Shown one piece after another: positions 38,005 to 49,138 of a stretch of 64,000 bases of DNA. The DNA comes from Callorhinchus milii (taxonomy: Eukaryota): assembly GCF_018977255.1 (NCBI RefSeq), contig NW_024704948.1:1-64000 (forward strand), given 5' to 3'. The position numbers and the translations under genes are program-made. Position 1 is the first letter of the stretch. Each line of letters begins with the position of its first letter. Under the pieces are notes generated by a model that did no database searches, was not told the origin of the DNA, and was given only the letters and a program-made list of their open reading frames with translations.

Positions 38005-39102
38005 GTTGGCTGCTGAGGTGTGGACAGATAATGGGATCTCTTCCTTTGTATATCGCTGTGTTGCTGCTTCAGTGACGAGTTGTGAGGAAGCGGCTGATCT
38101 GACGGGTTCAGTGGTTTACTGTCTACATTTGTAGGCGTTTCCACTAACCAGTGGATCTTGAACTCGATCTTCTGGCGATTGGAAGAGAATGGGTCTGGGT
38201 TTCGATGGGAATATTGCCGCAAATATCATACAACAACAATTTGTTTTACAGTTTAATGAGTGAATCGATTTGAGGTTTCCTCAAGACGTGATCAGGCACT
38301 ATGTCAAATGACAACTTTATTTTAATTTTAACTATTATTATGGTGAATGCATTTATTTAGTTGATGAATCGTTGAGCCATGCAGCAGAGCCTAAAGGAAT
38401 AAGGTTCTGTTTCTGTCATCAAGTCTGAGGTGACAACTTTTCCGCTTTTCATGTTAATTTCTCTTATGAGGATCTTGAACTTGATCTGCCGCGGATTGGA
38501 AGCCAGTGGGTCTGGGCGAGTTTGCGAGTAGAGCGTTTCACCCAATAACAATTTGCTTTACTGTGCATTTGTGAAGCGCTTCAGGACGCCTTCGAGACGC
38601 AGTATGGCTCTATATCAAATGAGTAAAGGGCATTTTTATTTTCAATACTGTTCTGAATGCATTCGTTTGGTTGATCTTGAACCATGCAGACTAGCTTTAA
38701 AAAAGGTTTACTTTCTATCAAGGCTGAGTTGAAAACCGGCATCTGTTATTGGTACATTCTCCTATGTGTCTGAATGTTGTTGGTTCTGGAACCAGATCGG
38801 CAGTTTGAGCTCCCAGTGTATCAGAGATTGCGTTTCAATTCTTACATTAAGTTAAACGAGGTCAGTTGTAATCTCGTTTTCAAATTAAACAAACATAAAT
38901 GACCATATTGCTCATAACAAAATTTACCACAATTTTTATCTCAGTGAGATCCACATGAGGGCGAATGCTTCTCGTAGAGAAAGACAACACATCCAAAAAG
39001 TGACACAAACACTGTTCTTTGAGTAATCTAAATTTTGTGCCAATCATGTTTTACACAAGGTTTTTACACGTCAGCTGAAGCAGCTGACATGTATGTCAGG
39101 AA

Positions 39103-39300
39103 CTATGTCAACTGCAACAGGAAGCACCTGTCGGTTACAGAAAGGAACGTGACAAGGTATGTCAGTCGCAGCTCATGCTTTATATTATTTTTAGTGTGAC
39201 ATCTGCTGGTGGAATGCAGCTACAGCATGTGTACATTTGAAGACGGTTGATTGCAAATTATTTTCGGCCCGTCTTAACTTTCCCGCAATGAATGTCGCTA
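39103..39300 (-). promoter_or_regulatory. Repeated intergenic module copy 5
   Basis: CAACTG-caa-CAGGAAG-CACCTG; CCAGCAGATGTCAC on the minus strand at 39196-39209. Confidence 0.55.
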
Positions 39301-39586
39301 CGTAGATGCAAGTTAATGTTTCATATTTTGTCCTACTTGTTCAAATAGCAGAGGAAGACACTTCCAGGTGCAGGTCCCCCCAGAAAGCAAAATATATGAA
39401 GTTATTTCTGTGAAAATAACATGATCGTATTTTGTAATAATAATAACCTTTGCTTTTATTACACTGCCAAATCACATCTTCGAAACGCCTCGAAGCGCTT
39501 TGCCGTGAATCGAACGCACGTATCTCGATTGGTTGCTGCTTTCGAGGGGATTGCTGTAACCGCTGAGCTACAGGACTCCACATGGC

Positions 39587-39625
39587 AGTTTTTGTAGGGC
39601 GAAATCGCTGATCTGTGCCTCTGTG
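39587..39625 (-). other. 23-RSS of V16
   Basis: CACAGAG-23-ACAAAAACT. Confidence 0.92.
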
Positions 39626-40747
39626 GGGCTCAGTGCACAGTAGTATCCCGCGGAGTCTGTAACTCTCACTTGGATTATATTTAATGGGACGGTTCTCTCC
39701 ACTTTAGACACATTTGTTGAGAAACGTTCTTTTGCGAAGTCGGCGTGGTCCGGGAACTTGTTGCTGGTGTCTGTTCTAAGGATATATTCTGGAGATTTGT
39801 TGGAATAGTGCCGATACCAGAACAGATAGGGATTGCCGCTGCCGCTTGTAGCTGTGTAATTACACTGCAGAGAAACATCATCGCCTTCATTCACTGTCAA
39901 AGTAGATTGCAGCTGTGTCACAGAATCTCCTCCACAATGTCCTGGGAAACAGACAAACATCAGTATTCAACTGCAGTAATAATAAAAATAATAATTGGAT
40001 TTGTTATAGCCGCTAATCACATGCTTGAGACGTCTGCAGATGCTTCGCAGAATATACTTTTGCTTTGTAGTTTGTGGGCGATATTTGGCAGTTAATTACG
40101 CAAAACATTCTCTCACAAACAGTAATGGAATAAATTTCAGTATTCTTACTGTTATTATAAGTATAATTTTTCCTAAATGGTTATTTGCAATTCAAAATAT
40201 GATCCAACAATCGGTTTATAAACGGTTACCTACTGATTGCCAGGTAAAAAGATGTGCGTATTTGGGTGTAAGGAAAAATGCTTAAGGTTTCGCCTTGACT
40301 CGCCCGGGAATCGGACCCAGGTCCTCTCACTTGCGAGGCAAGTTCGCGATACGCTGAGCTAGAGGTCTCCATGAGGCATGTAGCGTATCGGTTATTTTAT
40401 AGAATAAACTGATGAACATAGGAATTACGAGCAGGAATATGCCATTCGGTCCCTCGAGTCTGCATCGCCATTCAATAAGATCACGGCTGATCTTCTAACC
40501 TTACTCCATCTGCACGCGTTATACCCATAACCCTTAAACCCTCTATCCTTTAGAAATCTACCTTTCTCAGTCTTGAATCTGTACACGGACTGAGCATCTA
40601 CAGCCTTCTGCGGTAGAGAATTTCATAAAATCCATAAATAAAATATAAGCATTTGATAATATGTACAGGAACTAGACAGATGGAGTGAGTTTATCGCTTA
40701 CCTGATAGGGTAACGATCACTGCTATCACATAGATGTACATTGTCAT
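39626..40747 (-). CDS. TCR V gene V16 (family B)
   Basis: Leader 40702-40747 MTMYIYVIAVIVTLS. V exon 39626-39941 (one extra CDR1 codon), open. The intron carries a SINE and a CR1 fragment. Confidence 0.92.
40410..40630 (-). mobile_element. CR1-type LINE 3' fragment in the V16 intron
   Basis: GAGCAGGAATATGCCATTCGGTCCCTCGAG..CCATTCAATAAGATCACGGCTGATC is the antisense of the common chondrichthyan CR1 (HER1/HE1-like) tail. It is absent from other family-B introns. Confidence 0.65.
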
Positions 40748-42413
40748 ATGTATTTAATGTCACGGGGCGTTGAGAGAACGTTAATGGTGTAGTTGGAATG
40801 TTGGCTCGGAGGCTGTAAGACACCGTGTGGACGACTGAACAGGAAATAACCTACGTAAGTTACTCTGTACTGTGAGGGAGCACGTCTGAGGGTTATGTCC
40901 AAACCTTGTGTCTGTGTCAGTATACGTCATATTCTCGGCTCTGCCATATCGCTTCTCCATTGGTTCTCTCCAATCACTGATATGTCTATGTTCAATCGGG
41001 ACTGAAACCTGCAACAAATTACACCCATTTTTATGTTCATCAAAAGCTCATGCATGAGATGAGCATATGTGTGCCATCTTTGGAGTTCTGTAGCTTACTG
41101 CTTAAAGTCCTCGCCACACAAGCGAGAGATGTCGGTTCGATTCCCAACATTTCAACTGTTGGCCAAGTTACCTTACTCCACACGCACAGCTCTGTTTAGT
41201 TAGCAGTCAGCAGGAACCTGGTAGTTAGTCGATTGCTGGTTTACCTTCTGTTTATAAGTATCCCGTTTCGCCTTCGAAATGCACAGTCACTATACTTTAC
41301 AGTTTTTTCTGTGAAGCGCATTGAAACATCTCAGGCGAAATTATTCGCTCTATTCAATGTCAATTTTATTGTAATATAGATAATCAAAAGAAGGCAGGAC
41401 GGGGTATTCAGTGGAAGCCACTGAGTGTGTGCAGATTGCAAGACCATGACCTAATGTGTGTTGGCTTCACATCCCCGGGGGCAGCTGTCAATTTGGTAAC
41501 GAAGTGAAAGGAGGGATTGAGAAGGTTCAAAGCGAAAGGGTAGGAGCCACGTTACGTCAGCAGTTTCTCAGCTTTCTCACCCCCAATTATTTGAGAGTTT
41601 TCTTCTTGCCACTCTCCGCTCAAGGCTACTGGGTTACGGCAGTTTGGGGACAAAACACAAGTTTCTTAGCACAATTCAATTCTACAAGTTACTGCGTTGT
41701 ACGATTTATTTCGCTGTATAATTCTTCATATGTTCACATTTATTTTTCTTAACCGGTGTGTGCCACATGTGGGGACACCCATCAACATTCTTTTGAATAA
41801 CCAAACCAACCTGTGTATTATAATAATTGCATTTGAGTTTCATATCAAGCCTTATCAATTAACGAGGATTCCATGAGGTCTTCAGAAGTTTATCGCCAGT
41901 GTATTTTGTGGACAACAACTGGCAGCTAAGTGCACACAGCAGCGTCTCGCAAACGGTCTTTGATCGAGTGTTTCACTTTTTTGATCGATTAAAATAGACA
42001 TCCAAACTTCTGTCAACCTGGTTGCTATTTCCTGCTCAGTAAACCAACAAAAATAATAATAAACCTTGCATTTGATACGTCTTCGAGATATTACACAGCA
42101 TTTCGTAGGTTGTATTGTGAAGTGAATTGATTACGTCTGATATGGGAAAAATGCGGCAGCCGATTGCACACAGCCATGTCCCACTAAATGTTGTGGAATT
42201 AAGTAAATTTTTCTTTTCTTTTTAAAATAATTATTACCCCCGGAAAAGCGATTTACCAATCAAGTAACAGTCAGGTTCCTACACACTGCAAGGTAAAGAG
42301 ACGCCTGTGAAGTAGGAAAACGTGCACAACATTTTGCAAGGACGGAAACCGATCCCAGGCCCTCACGCTTGCGAGGCGAGTGAGCTAAACATTGAGCTAT
42401 AGTAAACCCAACA

Positions 42414-42452
42414 TGTTTTTGTCCAGGTCCCTCATAGACACACATCACTGTG
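42414..42452 (-). other. 23-RSS of V17 (intact)
   Basis: CACAGTG-23-ACAAAAACA. Confidence 0.92.
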
Positions 42453-42907
42453 CTCTCCGCACAGAAGTAAATGGCGGTGTCTGATATTCGCACATCTTCG
42501 ATTGTAAGCGTACAGTTTTTCTGTTTTCTCTCAGCCAAAGCTCTTATCCTGTCCTTCAAATTTACGTCGCTTTTTCCCAAAACCAAAATCGAATGGAGCC
42601 TTTTCCATGTTGTTTGTACCACTGGAAGAAAGGGTTGTTCACAGTGGTAATGCATTCCATAGAAACATTTCCATTTTCATTCACTGTCACGGCTTGAGGT
42701 GTCTGTGAGACATCGCTTTCAGCCAAATCACCTGGAAAATAATAATAAAAATTCTTGGATAGAAATTCAGAAGTTATCTACCAACGTTAATTTGGAATTA
42801 TTTAGCAGGAAAACAACTGAGCCTTTGTCAGAACTCGCACGGTACTTACACAGTAGAAATAATATCAGCTTCAAAATAATATATTTTGCTTTGTAAGTCT
42901 GCTTCAT
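42453..42907 (-). pseudogene. TCR V pseudogene V17 (family C, CAES subtype), 1-nt frameshift
   Basis: Leader 42850-42907 is intact. V exon 42453-42731 is 279 nt against 280. It reads ATTCGATTTTGG where V4 reads ATTCGGTTCTTGG (deletion near 42585-42588). Confidence 0.88.
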
Positions 42908-44558
42908 TCTTAATTGTCTTCGATTCACGTCAATATGTTCGGTTGAAATGAAACGACAAATTATCAAAATGTAGCGTCTGGTTGATAAACATTTATCCAG
43001 TGGAAGAGTTGTCTCTTATCCCCGCCTCATTGTCTTGTCTCTGTTCATTGCTGGAGGTGTATTACGACTCCTCCTACCGTTTATGTTCAGATTCCCTTCC
43101 CCTCGCTGTCGCAAACTATAGTAAAGGGTGAAAGAGGCAGTGCAGACAGACCTAGTTACAAAGACTCAAGGAAATATAAAATTATAATAATAATAATTCT
43201 TGCATTTGATGTAGCGCTATCAGCTCTTGGATGCGTTTCGAAATGTTTTACAGAATATAAAATAAATTTTAGAGTGAAGCTGGGCAGGCAGTTGCGTACA
43301 GCAGTGCATCGCAAACAGTCATTGAATAAATTACCAATTTATCACTTTTTTACGGTATTATTGCCCCGGCAATCTGTCCGCTATTCGACGAATAACCGGG
43401 TTCCTATTTACTGTTCGGTTAAACAGAATCGTGTGGAGTAAGGAAATTTGCACAACGTTTCGCAATGATGAGAAGCGTAACCTTGTATTCTGGTCGCGAG
43501 TCGAGTGTTCTAACCACCAACTTGTAGGAGCAACATGTACTTTGGCAAAGTGCCAAGATTTTGATAATTGGTAGACTATAGGAATAGTGTACGAAGAATC
43601 TTGTGATTAAGCGAATGAACTCAAAAGTTTCTCTGGATTCCGTAGAAAACAGGTTTAGAATACTTTCGGATATAAGGAAGAGGTTTTCCAGTAATAGTGG
43701 GAGCAGAACAGTCAGAGAATCATGACATACTCTTACGTTGTGTCGACTGATCGCCTACAATTTGTAATCAACTTTGTTTCCAATACTCTGCGTTTCGAGT
43801 ATATTTGTGATTCAGAATGCAAAGTGCAACCAAGCAATGGGATGCGGTTGACAACCTGCTGAAAATAATTAGAAATGGGGAACAGAAACATGCTTTATTG
43901 AACCATTTTTCGCAGGCTTTCAAGCCAGTGATGTCTGGTCCAAATATCAGCTAACCAGTGTCACCCAGTGTTCAGGGAGGGAAATATATTTGTTACTTTG
44001 AATTCATAAATGTTTTCATTTGGTACCATGCCATACCTTACCAGGACGTTGAGACGTCTCATTTGCTTTGCAGAATATACAGTACAGTCTTGCGATTTTG
44101 TAATTTTAGGGGTGAAAAGTGATAATATATTACCCACAAACATTTACAGATTGAGAGAACACATTTTATTTTCAATGAATTGATGCTGCTTGAAAAGCCA
44201 TCCACCAGTCGACTTACAAATCGTGTTCATATTACTGTTAGGTATATAGAGGCGCAAAGAATGTGGAGCAAAGAATTTAGGCCACTGTTTAATCCCATCC
44301 GAGAATCGAACCCAGGTCTTCTTGCTTGCGAGGTAAATACTCTAACCTCCAACGAATGACTACAGGACTTTCGACATGTTCCACTCTAATTTATTAGGAT
44401 GATCATGTTTTAAGTGCAGCTTGCATTATAAAAGAATAAACAATACTTTTTCATGCGTCTCCAAATGCTTGACCGGTTTTCTCTATATTTAAACAGATAT
44501 AAAGTCAGTTTTATGCAATGGCGCCCACTGGCGTTTCAGCAGCAAAACAACCATTTGG

Positions 44559-44597
44559 AGTTTTTGTACGGAGTCGCCATAGCTCGGCAGCAGTGTG
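44559..44597 (-). other. 23-RSS of V18
   Basis: CACACTG-23-ACAAAAACT. Confidence 0.92.
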
Positions 44598-45373
44598 GGC
44601 CTCTTGGCGCAGTAATACACGGCACTGTCCCTGATCAGGACGTTGGCAATACTCAGTTTGAAATCTTCGCTCGTTTTATCGACATTGGAGGAAAATCGAT
44701 CTTGGAAGTCAGGGCTCTTATAATCCTTCCCTGCAACAGAGTAAAGTATGTAGACAGGAGCGTTTCTGGAAGCTTGTCTGTACCAGTGAAGATCGGTGGC
44801 ATCACTGATTTTCTTTAAGGTGCAGGATAATTTCACATCCTTTCCCTCTTCAACTGGTATTTCAGCAATCGTTTGATTCCCAATGTCTTGCAGGCTGTTT
44901 CCTGTGATTTAAAAGAAAATATTGTTGAGCAGCAAGTTTGTCTAATATGGAGACTGCAGTGTATTGGTGAGAGCATTCGCCTCAGAAGCACGAGTTATGT
45001 GGCTTTGATATCAGGACAGGGGAAAGCTGAGGAAATTTTCCCTACTCCATACGCCTTTGTTTAAGAAGCAGTAAATAGGAACACGTTTACCAGTCGATTG
45101 GCGCCTCTCTTGTCCAGAGGTAATTAGCCCTTCAATAATGAATCAATAATGAATCAGATAATAATTTGGTCATGCAATCCATGATTATTTGAAGAAAACT
45201 GCTGTGCACAATCGGCTCGAATGAAGGATAAGGCACTATATCAAATGCAATGATTATTAATATTATAATGCGGTAAAAGTTATAACAAGATATTAGAAAA
45301 AGAAGGTATACAAAAGATACTAACGGCAAAGTAAGCTGAGAGTGATTGAGAGCACAGCACATGTCTCCCACAT
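44598..45373 (-). CDS. TCR V gene V18 (family E, YYCAKRP)
   Basis: Leader 45325-45373 MWETCAVLSITLSLLC with a phase-1 GTTAGT donor. V exon 44598-44901, open. Confidence 0.9.
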
Positions 45374-45454
45374 GAGCATCCTGATCCCGTGTCTGACATT
45401 AACTCCCCAATGTGGACTGATGGGGCTTTTGGGCTCAGTAGCCACACAGTTACA

Positions 45455-45870
45455 TCCCCGCCCACACAGAGCCCCACCCACACAGCCACTGCCACGCCCA
45501 CAGAGCCACGTCACTCAGTCACTGCCCCGCCCACACAGAGCCCCGCCCACACAGACACTGTCACGCCCACGGAGCTACGTCACTCAGTCACTGCCCCGCC
45601 CGCACTGAGCCCGCCCACACAGCCACGGCCACGCCCACAAAGCTACGTCACTCAGTCACTGCCCTGCCCGCACAGAGCCGCATCGCCCAATCACTGCCGC
45701 TAATGGACAGCGCCCCGCCCACACAGAGCCCTGCCCACGAAGCCTCTGCCACGTCCACAGAGCTACGTTACTCAGACTCTGCTCCGCCCGCACTGAGCCG
45801 CATCGCCCAATCACTGCCGTTGCATCGCAGCGCCCCGCCCACACAGCGCTCCGCCTCCTCCACTCCCCCC
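45455..45870. repeat. Expanded GC-box minisatellite upstream of the V18 leader
   Basis: Same units as 23540-23760, about twice as long, with at least six CCCCGCCC. Confidence 0.8.
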
Positions 45871-47044
45871 ACAGAAACACACACAGTGCCACACAATCAA
45901 GTCACTCAATCCACAACACTGTATGGGCCAATGTTTTACACAGTTGGCTACCAAGTTTGTCTCCCCCCCATTACAATCTAACGACCCATACAACCCCTCC
46001 CCCCCTCCACCCCACACCCCACAATCTCCCACACCCACAGTGCCGCAAAGTAAGGCAACTCAAACCACAACATTTTGTGGGATATTGCTGTACACAATTG
46101 GCATCAAACAATATAGTCACTCGACTTTTCAGCGTATTCTTTGAAGAGCTTACAGACATCTCAATGGCATAATATGGCAGTATATCAAGTGCAATCTTTG
46201 TTATTATTATCGTTATTATTACAGTGTTGAATAAGACATGCCCTTACGATTGTGTTCATTAACCGGGTTAGAGAAACGCTTTTTTCAAATACAACCTTGT
46301 CATTTGGTCAATACGCCACAAAACTCCTCGTTGGTTTTAATGTCGAGTACAGAGACAGCGAGTTTGTCAACTTGGCACCCAATTTGTGCACAACACTGTC
46401 CCGCAAACAGCTATGAATGAACGACGAATTTTATAGATGGACGTCTGCCCAGACAGCGGTAGAAACCTGCTTATTTCTCGAGCAGTGCAATGGCATTTTC
46501 ATAGTCCCTTCAAACAAGCCGCCTGGACCTAGGTTTAATATTAACTCGGTAGGACGAGCTTCACCGACAATAAAGACAGCCAGGCCTGCTCTAGAGTGTC
46601 AGCCCAGAACAGAATAAAATAATCCAATACATATTACACAGTGATCTTTTTAGTCGCATTTCAATGTGTCAGTTGCGGGTTGAAATATCAATGTTTTTAT
46701 CATGTAGTAATACACCTATTAAATAGCTTAATGTTCACGTTTAATGTAGTTGCCTAACCAAACAGTGAGGAGTGAGACGTAAATTTTTTTCACACAGCAA
46801 ATTGTTCCGATCTTGATCGCGTTGCATGAAAGGGCAACTGAAGCCGTTACGGTTACAACTTTCAAGAGGGAATTGTTATACCATAGATAAAAGTATTTAC
46901 TAGCAGCTGCTATTTGGGATGAAGGCAACAATATTCAACATGCGGCATAGAAATTGTTTCTTGATCAAACTTAGCATTGTATGAATACTTTAGGCAAATA
47001 TTTGGAAATTTCAGTTGAAGCAGCAATAGTGTGTGTGAGTAAAC

Positions 47045-47260
47045 TCTGTCAACTGCAACAGGAAGCACTTGTTACCGCTGCAAAGGAAGTTAGTTACAGA
47101 AAGCAACGTGACAAGTTATGTAAGTTGCAGCTCATGTTCTATGTGTTTGTTAAATGCGCCATCTGCTGGTGGGTTGTAGCTACAGCACGTTTACAATTGG
47201 AGGGTTTTCACAGCATAATTATTTTGGGCTCGTCTTGCCTTTCCTTGGTGTTATGTTCTC
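47045..47260 (-). promoter_or_regulatory. Repeated intergenic module copy 6
   Basis: CAACTG-caa-CAGGAAG-CACTTG; CCAGCAGATGGCGC on the minus strand at 47156-47169, a 14/14 match to CCASYAGRKGGCRS. Confidence 0.6.
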
Positions 47261-48288
47261 CACTGTAAATTGATATATTAGTCACATTTCCTGCTCGTTA
47301 CTCCTATTTTCTGTTGTTCCCTGGAACCTTCGTGTACAACGTCAGTCACATTCCTTAATTTGACCTTTCTCTGTGCAAAGATTTGCTGCCTCACTTGAGC
47401 ACCCATTTTATTTCAATTCCTTGCCTTTTTTGTTCTTCGCCAAAACGCTCCACTAAGTGGAAAGCGCTAAATTGTAATACCAAGAGGCCATTCTGCTCCT
47501 TGAGCCTTTTCCAACGTTAATTCATATCATGGCTGATCTATCCCTTAGCTCATATTCCCGCCTTTTCCCCCAATCGATCGAAATTCTGACCTAAAATAAA
47601 CGTATCCAACTCTGTCTGGATAATATGAACGGAACTAACATCCCCAGCCTATTTGTAGAAATTTTCCAGATTTCCTTAAATTTTTCATAATTTTTTTTTC
47701 TCATTTTCTCGGCTAACTTGACTGGATAATGCACTCCATAAGAATAAACAGTTTCTCTATAAATAGAGGAAATAGTTTTTGGGGAAACTATATAAATGGA
47801 ACTTGTTTATTTTGATGTTTTCTTACTGAGTAAAGTGACAGCGTTCCCCAGAGGCAAGACATTTTTACATACTACTTGGATGATAACATGACTACAGTTA
47901 ATAACAATAATAGCAATAACAGATGCATTTGATATAACGCCGTATCACATCATCGAGACACCACACAGTGCTTCATAGAATATACCGTAAGTGAATTGAC
48001 TGTATATTGTGAGTGCAAAGCACTGCTACAAATTGTACACATCGCTATCCCAGTGGATGAAGTGCCCAATTTATTATCAACACTAATATTCCGAAGGAAT
48101 TGTTATCTCAGGAAAATCGAAACGCCAATCTATTAACAACCTGCTTCCTACTTACTGCTGGTAACCAGAGACGTGTGTGTGTGGAATAAGGAAAGTTGCA
48201 CAATGTTTCGTTCTGCTGGGAATTGAACCAAAGTCTCCCGCTTGTGAGGCGAGTGCTGTAACCATTGAGCTGCAGGACCCCACATGGC

Positions 48289-48327
48289 AGTTTTTGTAGT
48301 GCGGAATCGCTGATCTGTGCCACTGTG
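48289..48327 (-). other. 23-RSS of V19
   Basis: CACAGTG-23-ACAAAAACT. Confidence 0.93.
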
Positions 48328-49138
48328 GGGCTCAGTGCACAGTAATACCCCGCGGAGTCCGTAACTCTCACTTGCAATATATTTAATGGGACGGTTCTCT
48401 CCGCTTTAGACACGTTCGTTGAGAAGCGTTCTTCTGCAAATTCCGCGTGGTCCTTGTTCCTGTTGTTGGTGGATGTGCTGAGGATATATTCCGGAGCTTT
48501 GCTGGTTAAGCGACGGTACCAGAACAGATAGTCAAAGCCGTCGCTTGCACCTGTATAATTACACTGCAGAGAAACATCCTCCCCTTCAGTCACTGTCACA
48601 ATAGATTGGAGCTGTGTTACACCATCTCCTCCACAACGTCCTGGGAGCCAGAAGTAGAATGATAACAGTAATAATAGCTATTCCTATATTTGATACAGAG
48701 CATTTTTATGTTGTTAACTTGTCACCAAACATTTCACAGAATGCACTTTCTCTGTGCATTTTGTGTGCGACACGTGTGACCGCATTTTTATTAGTAATTG
48801 TTTTTTTAAGGGATTATCAGTCCCGAAATGCAGTCCATCTATCGGCTAAAGAAACGGCACCTACTTACTGCTTGGCAAAGAGTTACATGTGTGTGGAGTA
48901 AGGAAACTTGCCTAAAGTTTCACTTTGTCTCAACGGGGAACTGATAACAGTTCCTCTCACTTGCGAGGCCGATTCGCTGTCCAGTAAGGTACAGAACTTT
49001 ACGGTTCATTTCACCTGTTAGTTATATTTGTGCAATAAAACATATGCATTGGATAATACGGTCAGGAACCAGAATGATAGAGCGAGTTTATCGCTTACCT
49101 GACAAGGTAATGATCACTGCTACAACATAGATATACAT
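48328..49138 (-). CDS. TCR V gene V19 (family B)
   Basis: Leader 49099-49138, V exon 48328-48640, open, ends YYCALSP. Confidence 0.93.
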
